Counted from the first letter of the stretch, positions 40,961 to 52,998 are shown. The stretch: DNA of 64,000 bases from Candidatus Marinacidobacterales bacterium (GCA_965224085.1 CBDCYI010000011.1:160001-224000), one strand, 5' to 3'. Notes: generated by a model not told the origin, from the letters alone. Numbers and translations: made by a program.

Positions 40961-42457
40961 TCAGAAAATGAAATAGATGAACGGATTGTAGGCTTGTGTC
41001 GCAAGCACGGAAATGGCGACACTCAGCAGAACGAGGATCACGGCCGCCTTGGTGACCGAGATGGAACGTGTCCAATCCCAGGTCTGTGGGGCCACCCAGG
41101 TAACGAGGGAGGCCATGGCGAACGTCGTCAGAAAATACGGCTGGTACAGCAGCCCGGATACCAGAAGCGCCGCGGGCCCCGCTTCGCCGAGACCGAACAT
41201 CCGGCCGAGGTACGAAATGGCGCTGGCGAGGTCGGGGCTTCGGAAGAACACCCAGGTGATCAACACGATGCCAAAGGTCACCGCGATCCGAGCCCGGCGA
41301 GGGAAGCGCCCATACCAGGCGTCCTTGCCCCGTCTCCGCTCGACCGCGAGGAGGACGCCGTGAATCCCACCCCAGACCACGAAGTTCCAGGCGGCCCCAT
41401 GCCAGAGCCCTCCCAGCAGCATCACGAGCGCCAGGTTGACATGGGTCCGAGCTTCGCCGCGGCGATTTCCCCCCAGCGGTATATACAGGTAATCGCGCAA
41501 CCAGGAAGAGAGTGAGATATGCCAGCGCCTCCAGAATTCGGTGATCGACGCCGACAAATAGGGCGAGTCGAAGTTCTTAGGGAACACGAAACCGAGCATG
41601 AGACCGAGACCGATCGCCATGTCGGAGTAGCCGCTGAAATCGAAGTAGATCTGAAACGCGTAGGCGGTCACACCGTACCACGCATCGAGCGGGGTGATCG
41701 AGCCGGCGCCAAAGGCCACATCGGCGATGCTCCCGCAGGGGTTGGCCAGGAGCACTTTCTTCGCCAGACCGAGGCTTAAGAAAGCGACACCCCGGGCGAA
41801 CTTCGCTACCGTATGGGATCGGCGCGCCAGCTGGTCGGCGATCTCGGAGAAGCGCACGATCGGACCCGCCACCAGCTGCGAGAACATCGATACGTAACAA
41901 GCGAAGTCGATTAAATTTCGGAGGGGCGTCACTTGGCCCCGATAGATGTCGATGGTGTAGCTCATCGACTGGAAAGTGTAGAAGCTGATCCCGAGCGGTA
42001 GTGTCACCCGAAAAACCAGTTCGAGCTGCAGTGCCTCCACTCCGAACCAGCTCCCGACGGCGCTGACGTTCTCGGCCGCGAAGTTGAAGTATTTGAAAAA
42101 CCCGAGAAGGGAGAGGTTGGAGACCAGCGAGCAGATCAGCGCAAGACGCTGCCGGCGTGAACGAGGTCCGTCGGCAGGAAGAGCAACCAAAGGACCGGCC
42201 CATTGCTCGGCGGTTCGACGCGCTGCAAACAAGCGGGCCAGCCAAACCGGACCTCGCCCGACCAAGAAGAGACCGCAGAGATAGTCGACGAGCGTGGAGA
42301 AAAGCAGCAAGACGACGAACAAGGGATTCGCCCACCCGTAGAACAAGTAACTGCCCAGCGTGAGGATGAGGTGTCTCGCCCGAAGGGGCGCCGCGTAATA
42401 AAGACCGATCGCCGCCGGGAGGAAATAGAAAAGGAAGACGTGCGAGCTGAACACCAT
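40961..42457 (-). CDS. MBOAT O-acyltransferase (AlgI/PatA-like)
   Basis: MVFSS, LPLGISFYTFQ, QIYFDFSGYSDMAIG, FWRRWHISLS, GLWHGA, PFIYF. Confidence 0.95.
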   Translation of the reverse strand: MVFSSHVFLFYFLPAAIGLYYAAPLRARHLILTLGSYLFYGWANPLFVVLLLFSTLVDYLCGLFLVGRGPVWLARLFAARRTAEQWAGPLVALPADGPRSRRQRLALICSLVSNLSLLGFFKYFNFAAENVSAVGSWFGVEALQLELVFRVTLPLGISFYTFQSMSYTIDIYRGQVTPLRNLIDFACYVSMFSQLVAGPIVRFSEIADQLARRSHTVAKFARGVAFLSLGLAKKVLLANPCGSIADVAFGAGSITPLDAWYGVTAYAFQIYFDFSGYSDMAIGLGLMLGFVFPKNFDSPYLSASITEFWRRWHISLSSWLRDYLYIPLGGNRRGEARTHVNLALVMLLGGLWHGAAWNFVVWGGIHGVLLAVERRRGKDAWYGRFPRRARIAVTFGIVLITWVFFRSPDLASAISYLGRMFGLGEAGPAALLVSGLLYQPYFLTTFAMASLVTWVAPQTWDWTRSISVTKAAVILVLLSVAISVLATQAYNPFIYFIF

Positions 42458-42573
42458 GAGTGATCACACGGCAAGCTCAGAGGACACGCGGCGCTGATCG
42501 TGACATCGTTCGGGCTCCCGGCTCGCAGAGATCGACTCGAGTCTCGGCGCGGTGCGAGAGCGGCGCGACAAGG

Positions 42574-44067
42574 CTAGCGCACCTCGATGGCATCGGCAGA
42601 ACCCATATCGTAGTAGAGGGTGAGGAGGAAATCTTCCGTCTCCATGACGAGTCGCTGGCCTTCGAGCTCCGGGCGATCGTCGTAGGGCGAAAGCACCAGC
42701 CGATGGCGCTCGCCCTTTGGACGCGCGGCCGTGTCGAGCACCTGTCCGTCTCGAATGACCCAGTGCGCCGCGATGAGCTTCTGTTCATCGTAAACGCCCT
42801 CGACCACCCCCACCACGGAGTACTCCATGGCCAACATCGCATGCTTGTAGGGGGCGATCGAAACGGGGGTCGGTAACGGCACATCGTTCAGCACTTCGAC
42901 ATCGACGATCAATCGACCGGAGCCCGCCGCGTTGGCCCCACCCGCCGGCGGCGACGTTTCGTCCTTCGGTCCGACCTCCCTCGATTTAGTGACAAAGGCA
43001 GGGCCAGCGGGGTCGATCCACACGTCGGGATAGAACTCCTCCGAGTCGTTGTGCGTGACCTGCGCCCAGCTCTCGACCGTCGTGAAGTCCGCTGCGAAAC
43101 GGCCCACGAAGATCTCGACCTGGCGCCCGCCGGCTCGGACCTTGTTCGCGCCGGGACCCACGGTGTAAGGGCCGGTCATGACCATGAACCGCGGGTGATT
43201 GGTCCATTTCGGATGATAGACTTCGAAGCCCCCGATCCCCGGCGCGTCGTTGATGGTCACCCGCCATCGACGCTCGCGATTAACGTCGACGATGGTGAGG
43301 TTTCGGTGGGACCCGTCGAAGAACCAGAACAAACGGCTGTCATCTGAGGCGAGGGCGGTCCAACACCCCTCGCCGAGCCGACGCCACGTACCGGCGTCGA
43401 GATCGGCCACCCCGGCTGCCGGCCATGGGAAGAGTCCGCCGGCGAACCGCGCGTCGCGCGACAGCTGAAAACTGTTGCCGCTGACCGGTTGCGCATCCCA
43501 CACCGGCTCTGCCGTCGAGGGGTCATCGAGGAGGTGACGGGTGATGAGCCGATATGCCGGCGGGTCTCTGCCCGCTTGCTCCGAGCCGACATACACCCAC
43601 TCGCGTCCGTTGCTCGGATCGCGCCACACCACGAGGCCGAAACCGCTGGCCACTCGCCGCTCGTTCCCGCCATCCCAATCGACGACATAGACGCCGTCGT
43701 CGGACAGCTTCGAGAAGACCGCGCGGTCGCCCGACGGCGTGATGAGCGGCTTCGCATAGTCGGACGGCTCGGACACGATGGATCGTTCCCCCTCATTGTT
43801 CCGAGAATCGAAGCCCATGATGGCCAGTCGCTCATCGTCGTCGGTGCCATCGCCGACCTCACGCGTCCACACCGCGCGCACCCCAGCCCCGGAGAGCCGC
43901 CCCAGCTCGGACCGTGCCCGTATGATCTCGCGCGTCAGCTGAGCGTCGGGCGTGGCCTGGGCCATTGGGGAAGACGCGTCGGATTGGGGATCGTTGGCTG
44001 ACCCGGTACACGCGATACCATACATGAGGAGCAACGCCGTCCAGACGCTCACTATCCGCAGTCGCAT
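42574..44067 (-). CDS. Hypothetical lipoprotein (TolB-like propeller signature plus C-terminal domain)
   Basis: GIAC lipobox; PLITPSGDRAVF; co-oriented with the MBOAT cluster. Confidence 0.7.
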   Translation of the reverse strand: MRLRIVSVWTALLLMYGIACTGSANDPQSDASSPMAQATPDAQLTREIIRARSELGRLSGAGVRAVWTREVGDGTDDDERLAIMGFDSRNNEGERSIVSEPSDYAKPLITPSGDRAVFSKLSDDGVYVVDWDGGNERRVASGFGLVVWRDPSNGREWVYVGSEQAGRDPPAYRLITRHLLDDPSTAEPVWDAQPVSGNSFQLSRDARFAGGLFPWPAAGVADLDAGTWRRLGEGCWTALASDDSRLFWFFDGSHRNLTIVDVNRERRWRVTINDAPGIGGFEVYHPKWTNHPRFMVMTGPYTVGPGANKVRAGGRQVEIFVGRFAADFTTVESWAQVTHNDSEEFYPDVWIDPAGPAFVTKSREVGPKDETSPPAGGANAAGSGRLIVDVEVLNDVPLPTPVSIAPYKHAMLAMEYSVVGVVEGVYDEQKLIAAHWVIRDGQVLDTAARPKGERHRLVLSPYDDRPELEGQRLVMETEDFLLTLYYDMGSADAIEVR

Positions 44068-44154
44068 CGGTCGACACCCAGTGTCCTGATTCCGAAGTCT
44101 CTTGACATCCGGGCGCATGCTATCGCGGTGCGTACACAAAGATCGCTAGGCGGC

Positions 44155-44463
44155 CTAGCTCGTTTCGTCGTCGAAAACCGATAACAAGTGAGTGACGGCG
44201 AGCCGATCGCGAATCCGTTTAGGGATATTTTGAAGCTTCAAAGTACCTTTTTTGCCGGTGACAATGTTGTGGCAGGTCACGATCTCGCCGATACCCGAGC
44301 TGTCGATGTACGTCAGTTCGGTCAAATCGAGAACGACGTCCCTATGTCCGGTTTGAAGAGCCGTGCCGATGGCCTCTTCGAGAAGCGCGGTGTCCTTGCC
44401 GAGCAGCTTTCCACTCAAGGACAGGACGATGGTTCCTTCGTCGTTTTTTTGCGTGATTTCCAA
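44155..44463 (-). CDS. STAS-domain anti-sigma-factor antagonist
   Basis: VVLDL..LTYIDSSGIG; TTG start after gaggagg. Confidence 0.85.
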   Translation of the reverse strand: MEITQKNDEGTIVLSLSGKLLGKDTALLEEAIGTALQTGHRDVVLDLTELTYIDSSGIGEIVTCHNIVTGKKGTLKLQNIPKRIRDRLAVTHLLSVFDDETS

Positions 44464-44720
44464 CGACAGCCTCCTCGACTCCGCACGCCAATCCTTCGCA
44501 AGAGCACACCCGGCGATCCGCTCGAACAGCACGAACGCCGCGACCAAAGATATTGCTTCGCGTCGATGGGTTGGCCGCGAACTTGCTCACGGGACGTATA
44601 ACGCAGCGTCCCAAGAGGAACTCCCACGGAGATACTACCCGGTCAGCGTATTGCGGGCAACTCGTACGGAGCGCCCCATCGAGTGTCGAACGCCATCGGT
44701 TTTTGTGCAACACTACTTCC

Positions 44721-46484
44721 ATGTCACGGCGTCCTCGGCACGAGCCCGAATCCTCCTCGGTGAGCATCGTCTGGTTCCTTGTGCTCGCCGCCTATTGTGT
44801 TGCGCTCCCGTTTCTCCTCGAACTGGCCCTTCCTACCGACTCCTCCGGCCAGCCGTCGGTATGGGAGCTCGAGTCGCCCGGCGCCCGGGGCTTTCGCGGC
44901 GCGGCCCTCGACTTCGGGGTCCGGACCTTGATCCGGATGGTGCTATTCGTCCCCATTGGCTTCTTCGCCGCTTTGACCCTTCCGCGCCAAAGCCGCTGGT
45001 TCCGGCGCCTGCTGACGGTGATTATCGCTGCGGGGATCGCGCTGGTGCTCGTGTTCGTCGTGTCAGGATTTAGCGACGACTCCGGATGGGAAGCGCCCAG
45101 CCTGCTGACGCTCGCCCTGCCTGCTATGGCGGCGCTCGTGGTCGTGTGGATGGGCGCCGGCGCCAGCAACGGTTTCGGTTCGTTCATTCTGTTCTTCCCC
45201 AAGTTCGCCGCGCTCGTGGTCGCTGTTGGGCTCATCGTGGTCGCTTTCTTCTATCTCGCCACCGAGGACTACCCTCTCGATCTGAAGACTCCCCAGCTGA
45301 GCACCGACATCCGGCGCGAGTTCGTCACACGCTTTCGCGGCCACAACCCGATGAAGCTCCGTGCCGGCGAAACGAGGACTCTGACGGTCAGCGCCCAGGA
45401 CCTCGAACGTCTCGCCGCGTGGGGCGTTTCGGTCACGCCGGCCACCCCAGAGCTCGCCATCGAGACGAGCTCTGAGTCCGCATACTTGCAGGTGTCGGCC
45501 CAGGTGCCCTATCTCGGCCGCTACCTCAACGTGAGCGCCGGCGCCTCGGGCGGGGTCCAACAGGGAGAGCTCCAGTTGTTGGTAAGAGAGCTCCGCTTCG
45601 GGTCCATCGAGACGCCCGGCATCCTCCTCAGTCTCATCTCCTCACTCGCGATGAACGCCGCGTCGCACGACGAGGCGGCGCGCTCCGTCCTCGACAGCAT
45701 CGAGGAGCTCAGCTTCGAGGACGACGGCGTTTCCGTTTCGTATCGCCGAATGGACGTTCGCGGCGACATTCTGCCGCGCGTTCTCGCCCGACTCGGACCC
45801 GATGAGGCGGTTCTCGCGGCAGCGCGGGCCCAGCTCGAGCACCTGCACTTGAATGCGCGGAATTGGCCCGAAGATGGACGCCGATTCGAGACCGCAGTGC
45901 GGTCCGCGTTTGCCCTTGCTCACGAGCGATCGGCAGCGAGTAATCCGATCGTCGAGAACAGCGGCGCGATTCTCGCGCTCGCGTCGGTGCTCGGTCACCC
46001 GCGACTACACGTTTTCTCGGGACTCGACGGCTAGGAACGCAGGATTCGTGACGTCCAGGGCTCGCTTCGAAAGGTGAAGCTGCGCGGGCGCGCCGATTGG
46101 ACCCAGCACTTTTTCGTCAGCGCCGGGCTGACGCAACTCTCGTCGGTCGCGGTGAGCGACGCGGTCGGCGTCCTCAAGGAGGAGCTCGACGCCGACATGG
46201 CCGAGGGCGGCAGCGGCTTCTCGTTCGCGGACCTTCTCGCCGACCGGGCAGGAACGCGTTTCGCCGAGCGGTCTACTTACGATGCGGCCGGCGCCGAAGC
46301 CATGCAGCTTCGCCTCAAAGACGGATTCGCCATCGGAGACATCTTTCCCGAGGCCGACGGTCTCAGAGAAGGAATCTCCGACGATCTCCTGAGGGTGCGT
46401 TACGGCGGCGTGGGCGGAGTGGAGTACCAGCAGGTCGCCCGGGATATCGAGAGACGCCTCGCCACTTGCGACGCACTGCGTTGA
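44721..46484 (+). pseudogene. Membrane protein (VanZ-like N-terminus; RGR.DW.QHF.VSA C-terminus) broken at about 46032-46074
   Basis: LFVPIGFF; LRGRADWTQHFFVSA..KEE.DA..GGSGFSFADLLADRAG in a second frame after TAG. Confidence 0.6.
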
Positions 46485-46497
46485 TCTACTTTTTGAA

Positions 46498-47502
46498 CTA
46501 CGATCTCCACAGAGTGAGGGTTTCTTGCCTACTCTTGTCGTTACCGGAAAGCGCAGGCCGGATATCGCAGGCGCTCGCGCGCGACCCTTCCGAGATCGCA
46601 GGACCGAGCCAGGAGCCCGGGACGAGCTCCACCAGCCACGACACGAATTCGGAAGCGGTCGAGCACCTCCGCTGCGGGTCCTTGGCGAGGGCGACCGCGA
46701 AAACCTCCCGCCACTTCGTAGTGTCGAGCTGCATCTTCACGAGACCCGACGGGTGAACGGGATCGGCGTGAACTAGCTTGTAGAGGATGGAATGGACGTC
46801 TTTGCCCGGAAACGGCGTCTCCCCCGACAGGAGCTCGAACGCAACGACTCCCAAGGAGAATAGGTCCGTGCTGCGGGTCAAAGGTGTGCCCAGAACCTGC
46901 TCGGGAGACATGTAGCCCGGTGTGCCAAAGAGCGTCTGGCTTCGAGTGAAGTCCGATCCCATCATCTTGGCCACGCCGAAGTCGGTGATCTTGGCCTCTT
47001 GCCCTTCTCCAATCAAGATATTCGAGGGTTTGATATCACGATGAATCACATCCTGGCCGTGCGCATAGTCCAAGGCGCTCGCCAGCTGTGCCAGGAGCCA
47101 CATGATCTGGTCGAGAGAGTAACGCGCGCTCGTCGTGGCCAAAGCTCCCGATAGGTACTCCATGGCCAGGAAAGGGACTCCATCCTCCGTCTCGCCGATG
47201 TCGTAGAGCGTCACGATATTCGGATGAGAAAGGGAGCCAAAAATATTGACCTCATTGTAGAACCGGCGACGGTAAGAAGTGTAGACGCGCTCCTGTAAAA
47301 CGAGCTCTTCCCGAATCGTCTTGATGGCCACCGTGCGGCCAAGAACCGTATCGAGCGCCCGGTGGACGACCCCCATCGCTCCACGACCCAGTACGCCCTG
47401 TAGGGTGTAGCGGCCGATCCGGGTCGGGATGGCACTCGGGGTAGAGCCCCGAGAACCGGCGTGTTTCTGTCGCCCGCGAAGCGGTCGCTTCAATTCGTGC
47501 AT
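46498..47502 (-). CDS. Cytoplasmic Hanks-type Ser/Thr kinase
   Basis: LGRGAMG, VAIK, HRDIKPSN, DFG, GTPGYMSPEQ. Confidence 0.93.
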   Translation of the reverse strand: MHELKRPLRGRQKHAGSRGSTPSAIPTRIGRYTLQGVLGRGAMGVVHRALDTVLGRTVAIKTIREELVLQERVYTSYRRRFYNEVNIFGSLSHPNIVTLYDIGETEDGVPFLAMEYLSGALATTSARYSLDQIMWLLAQLASALDYAHGQDVIHRDIKPSNILIGEGQEAKITDFGVAKMMGSDFTRSQTLFGTPGYMSPEQVLGTPLTRSTDLFSLGVVAFELLSGETPFPGKDVHSILYKLVHADPVHPSGLVKMQLDTTKWREVFAVALAKDPQRRCSTASEFVSWLVELVPGSWLGPAISEGSRASACDIRPALSGNDKSRQETLTLWRS

Positions 47503-47771
47503 TGATGTCGACTCCTTGTTGACCAAGCGAGGAGGAGAATCCTATTAAATCACGAAATGGAGTCTCTGGCAACGAATCGGCCCCCGGGGGAACGGACTTC
47601 CTACCGTGTCTTCTTCGTCCAGCGCTTCACTCGCTACGGCGTCAACACTCGGGGTAAATGTCTCGTCTTCCCGCTGCTCGTCTATCGCCGACAAGCGCTT
47701 TCACTTTGTCGTGGATTGATGTATATGGTAGTTCCCCGACGCAAGATTTTGGTGCCAGAAGAGTGTGAGCA

Positions 47772-47981
47772 ATGGCTACCAAGACCGGGGATCCCACGAG
47801 GCCGGCGTTCGTTAGGGACGAGCACCTCGACTATCTAGCAGAGCTTTTCGAAAGCTACGCGGTCGATCCGCCGCGTGCCTCGCTCATGCTGTGCTTGGTG
47901 TTTCGGCTTGGCGAGCAAGAGGCGAAGGCGGTCGTCGAGTTCTGGAGGAGCACGTTCGGCCGCAGGTCAACGCGGTCCTGA
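47772..47981 (+). CDS. Small hypothetical protein
   Basis: RPAFVRDEHLDYL...FRLGEQEAKAVVEFWRSTF; amphipathic, protein-like composition. Confidence 0.5.
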   Translation: MATKTGDPTRPAFVRDEHLDYLAELFESYAVDPPRASLMLCLVFRLGEQEAKAVVEFWRSTFGRRSTRS

Positions 47982-47999
47982 ATCCGGCCGGAACCCCGC

Positions 48000-48293
48000 G
48001 CACCAGAGCTCTTCGTGATCGCGGACGGCGAGGTGGAAATTCTGAAAGAGATCGACGCCGGTACGACGATGGCACTGGCTCGGTTGAAAGCTGGAGATTT
48101 CTTCGGCGAGATGGCCTTCGTGGACGAGAGCCCGCGCTCGGCGACGGCCGTGGCCCGCATGCGCCTGCATGTCCACGTGCTCCCGTCGGGAAGCCTGGAC
48201 CGCATCTTCCAATACAACGTGGCTACGGCTCTTTATTTCACCAACGTGCTGTGCAAGATCATGAGCCGGCGCCTCGACGTGACGCTGAGATAA
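48000..48293 (+). pseudogene. cNMP-binding domain fragment
   Basis: LFVIADGEVEI, GDFFGEMAF, PRSATAVA. Confidence 0.7.
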
Positions 48294-48574
48294 ATCGCTT
48301 CGCTGTGAAGGCATACGCCTGCAGCCCGCTCAGGTTCCTAGAGAGCCGCTCGAGGGCCGGACGTCGACACGGACGCCAACGAATCGAAAGCGAGGTTCTC
48401 AATGCACTTTCCTGGGATGCCGTTACGCGCGCCGCATGATTCGAACGGAGACCGCACTCTGGCGACGCGGGCTTGCTTGCCTAACGTCAACTTGACAAAA
48501 CCTGTTGGACTGTGTCGTCACCCTTCAGATCGGGGGTTATTTAGCCTTCCGGGAGCGTTGTTTCGAGGGATCCA

Positions 48575-50901
48575 ATGGCGAACGAGCCGAAAAAGCTAAG
48601 CAAGTACGTCATCGTCGGAGAGCTCGGAAAAGGCGCGATGGGCGAGGTCTATAAAGGACACGACCCCGTTCTTAACCGATATGTCGCGATCAAAGTCATC
48701 GCAGAGACCCTCGATACCGACCCCGATCTCGTCGAGAGGTTCCGGCGCGAAGCGAAGGCGGCTGCGCAGCTGAACCACCCGAACATCATCACCATCTACG
48801 ACTTCATCGAGGACGAAGGAAATCTTTACATCGTCATGGAGCTTCTGGACGGGAAGGATCTCAAAGAGCTCATCAAGAGCGGCGCGCCGCTGACGATGGA
48901 GCAAATCTTCAGCATGATGGAGCAGACCGCCGATGGGCTAGGCTTCGCGCACGAGAACGAGTTGGTCCACCGCGATTTGAAGCCGGCGAACATCCACGTT
49001 ACCAAGAAAGGGCAAATCAAGATTCTCGACTTTGGCCTCGTTCACAACGAGTCGTCCGACATGACCAAAACGGGTCATGTCATGGGGACGCCCAACTACA
49101 TGTCCCCCGAACAAGTTCAAGGCCGCAAGGTCGATCCTCGCTCCGACATCTTTTCGCTCGGCGCCGTCTTCTACGAGCTACTGACACGGAAGAAGCCCTT
49201 CAGCGGTGACTCCATGCACGCGACGATGTTCAAAGTGGTTCAAGGGGATCGCGAGCCCCTCGCGCAGTACACGCATCTGCCGGCAGCGGTCATCCAGATG
49301 GTGGACCGCGCCCTGGACCCGAATGTGGACGGCCGCTTCGACGACGGCAACGCGCTCAGAGAGCATATCCGCAGCATTCGCACCGACGCGCTGGCGAGCG
49401 GAGACGTGGATATGACCATTACCAGCCAAGCCGATCCGACGATCGACATCCCGGGACCCCAGCTGGGCTCGCATCCATCGGGCTCGTCCCCGTCTAGCCT
49501 CGGCACGATGCGGCAACGTGAGATGACAGGAAGGTCGATGGGGGCGGGAGCGTCCACCTCGAAGCCGATCGGTCTGTACGTCGCAGGTGCGGCCGTTGTG
49601 CTCGCGACCGCGGTGGCCGCGTTCTACTTCACGCGCAGCGACGCGGGCGCCGGCCCGAGTGTAGGGGAGCTGAGCCAAGCGCTCGTCACGAGCCAGCAGG
49701 AGCTTATGGCGCTAAGCCTCGAGCAGCGCGACTACCCAGCGGCGCTCGCGCAAGCGCAAGAGCTTCTCGCTTCCGACGCTCAAAACGCGGAAGCGCTTCG
49801 GATACGCGATGCAGCGCAGACAGCGCTCGCACAGATCGACACCGCGGCGAGTGACGCGCGCGCCGCCCTCGAGCGTGGCGCGTCCGAGGAAGCTGCCGAG
49901 GCGCTCGCACGCCTGCTCGCGCTCGACCCGAACCACCCACTCGGGGCGGAGCTCAGCGACCAGCTCAACGAGCATTTTAAAAGCCAGACCGAGCGCGCCC
50001 GAGCGGACATGACCCAAGCGCGAAGCGACGCTTCCTCGGCGGGCGCCACGTCTCGCCCCGAATTCCAACAAGCGGAATCCCTTCGACAGCAGGCGAGCGA
50101 CGATCTCAACCGGCGCGCGTACACCAACGCGGCGCAAAAATTTCTCGCGGCTCGTGACGGCTATCAACAGGCTCGCTCGGCGCACCAGCAAGCCGAAAGC
50201 GCCCTGCGCGCGCAATCGCAACACGCGGCGCAAGCCGAAGCCGAGGCTCAGGCTGGCGCACGCGTCGAGCTCGAAGGCGCCCAGAATGCATGGACGCGTC
50301 TGCGCAGTCAGCCCGACGTGGCCGGCGTGAGCGAGCAGCCGTCCTATCAACGCGCGATGTCGGAAGAAGCCGCCGCGAAACGTCTTGCGAGCTCTGGAGA
50401 TTTGTCGGGGGCCGCGCGAAGCTACCAGACCGCCACCTCCAATCTCGAAGCGGCTCGACGCGAATATCGAGAAGCCGAAGAACGGCGCGCGCAGCAAGAG
50501 GCGCGCCGTGCGGCCGCGGCCCCACCCCACCGCTGCCGCCTCGGCCGCCGGCCACGAGCTCGACGCCGAGCGTCGCTCAAGAAGAGACGGCGATCCGGCA
50601 AGCGCTCTCCAGCTATGAGCGTGCCATCGAAGGCGAGAACCTCGATCTCTTTCGCCAGATCAAGCCCAACTTGTCGGCGGACGAAGCGAAGCGTTTACAA
50701 AGTTCTTTCGACGCGATGGATTCCCATGAACTCGAGCTCGATATCCAGAGCATCGCCATCGAAGGCGACGGGGCAACGGTGAAGCTGACGCGTCGTGACG
50801 TCGTCGTGTTCCGTGGCCGCTCGAACGTGAATAGCAGCGCGCAAACTTTTGTGCTTGCCAAAACTGCAGGGAGGTGGATCATCACTCAGATTGGTCAGTA
50901 G
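48575..50901 (+). CDS. Membrane Ser/Thr kinase with an Ala-rich helical extracytoplasmic region and NTF2-like tail; frameshift near 50525
   Basis: LGKGAMG, HRDLKPAN, DFG, GTPNYMSPEQ; TM; AIRQALSSYERAIE...GRWIITQI in another frame. Confidence 0.85.
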
Positions 50902-50943
50902 CCCTTCCCCAACCGCGCAAACTATTGAGGAACCAAAACGCCC

Positions 50944-51915
50944 TCACAACCAATTGCGACGTCTGAAGAAGAAGTAAAGCGCGGAGCACGCCAAAGCCAT
51001 GACCCCGAGCACCGCAGGATATCCGAACGTGGAATCGAGCTCAGGCATGTTCTTGAAGTTCATACCGTAAATACCGGCAATCATCGTCGGCACCACCGCA
51101 ATCGCCACCCAGGCCGAGATCCGGCGCATGTCCTCGTTTTGCCGCACGCTCACCTGTGTCAGGTTCGCTTCGAGAACGCTTGTCAAGAGATCGCTGAAGC
51201 CTTCGACCTGCTCGTTGACCCGCAACAAATGATCGTAGACGTCACGGAAGTACTCCTGCACATCCTCGTGCACATGAGGTATGGTCCGCGACGCTAAGTG
51301 GTTGAGCGGGTTCAACAGGGGTGCGGTCGCGCGGTGAAACTCGATCACCTCCCGTTTCAGATAATAGATGCGCTCCGTCGGGTTGGTCCGCTCGCTCGAA
51401 AAAACGGCTTCCTCTACTTGGTCGATGTCTTGCTCGAGACCGTCCACGACCGGCCCGTAGTCGTCCACGACGCGATCCACGATGGCATGGAGGACGGCAC
51501 TAGGTCCGAGAGCAAGAAACTTCGGTTGGGCCTCGAGCGTCCGGCGCGCTTCTTGGAGCCCGCCCGTGTCCCCGTGTCGCACCACTACGATAAACCTGGG
51601 CCCGAGGAAGATCAGTATCTCCCCGAGTTCGACGACCTCTTCGGTGTCGACGTAACGCGCCGGCTTCAAGACGAGCAGCACCGAATCATCGTAACTCTCG
51701 AGCTTCGGCCGCTGATGCGCCTTGATCGCATCCTCGACTGCCAACTCATGGAGGTCGAACTCTCGACGCACCTCTTCGAATTCGTCGCGCGTCGGCTCGT
51801 GGAGCCCAACCCACACGAAGGCGTCGTCGTCGCGACTTTTCCGGAAGGCTGCCTCCGGCGTGAAATTCCCCGGCAATCGCCGTCCTTCCTCATATACTGC
51901 GCAATCGACGATCAT
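50944..51915 (-). CDS. corA: Magnesium/cobalt transporter
   Basis: LHELAVED...HQRPK, GIYGMNF..MPEL. Confidence 0.95.
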   Translation of the reverse strand: MIVDCAVYEEGRRLPGNFTPEAAFRKSRDDDAFVWVGLHEPTRDEFEEVRREFDLHELAVEDAIKAHQRPKLESYDDSVLLVLKPARYVDTEEVVELGEILIFLGPRFIVVVRHGDTGGLQEARRTLEAQPKFLALGPSAVLHAIVDRVVDDYGPVVDGLEQDIDQVEEAVFSSERTNPTERIYYLKREVIEFHRATAPLLNPLNHLASRTIPHVHEDVQEYFRDVYDHLLRVNEQVEGFSDLLTSVLEANLTQVSVRQNEDMRRISAWVAIAVVPTMIAGIYGMNFKNMPELDSTFGYPAVLGVMALACSALYFFFRRRNWL

Positions 51916-51994
51916 CGCTCGCTCACTCGGCAAGTGATGGTATCACCGGGAGGTTGGACAAGTTGAGCCGGCGAAGAACTTGGTAGTGGTCTAT

Positions 51995-52428
51995 TTACAA
52001 TTTCTCGCCAGTGGCAATGCACATCTCGGTGCCGAGCTCTTCGAGCTCAACGGCAAGCGCCTTCAGGAAAAGGTTGAACTCGGTCTCCGAGGGACGAAAG
52101 ACGTTGACGAAATCCTTGCCGGCGACAAGCGCGTGGAGCGCAGTTTCTCGCATGCGCTAGGAAGCGTGAACTGCACGCCGTGTAGTGGCAGGCCCTCGAA
52201 GCCCTCCTCGCGTGCCCCGGCGCGCCGGCTCCAAACGACGCGAGCTGCGATCTTGTAAATGCCGAGCTGCTGGTACAAGGAGAGCTTGAGGTCGACGTCA
52301 CTCCCGCGAGCCAGACATCTGTCGGTCACGATGCAGGCACCGGTCACCGACACGTTGGTCAGTACGCCGTAGACAGGCGGCTGGGAATCCATGAAGACCG
52401 CCGCGGTAGCGGCGTGTTTGGGTGCCAT
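51995..52428 (-). pseudogene. PilZ-domain protein with a frameshift near 52135
   Basis: YGVLTNVSVTGACI, ARVVWSR, HGVQF. Confidence 0.65.
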
Positions 52429-52998
52429 CCTTCGAATCGTTCGCTTCTCCACAAGAATGCTCCTCAAAGGGGCGCCGTTGAGCGGCAAGACAGCGGGGAA
52501 ATGGGGGCCGGACAACCCGCACGCAGGCCCCTGACCGAACCCGCTCGCTGGTAACCCGGGCTCGCGCCCGTCATCCGAATCCCAAATCCCCGCGCTAAGT
52601 AAATCCAATACCATCCGCCCATGCGCGACAGGTGCTCGTGTGTGAACTGGCCGCGCCACTCGTGATCCAAGTCCGATGCCGACCGAGAGAGCTCCTTGTT
52701 CTGGCCGTTCATGGGTTTTGATCTCCGGGGTCTATTAGCAAGAGGTGTACCATCGTCGGTTCAGGGTGCGTCTTTCTTGTAGCTGTTCTATTGATGTCGT
52801 TTACGTCTTCTTTGACCTTGGCCATTCCGGGGATCCGCCGGTACGCGCCCGCAAAAGCGGCGCGGCGACAAGAAAGGCGGTGGGGTCCGCTGAAAAAACG
52901 GCGGGGTCGTGAGCTCCTAGCGAACGAGACAGTTCGATCTTCGGGGCGAGAGGGACGATGCCTTCGGCAGGCGCTCCGTGCGCGACCGAACGGTCTCC

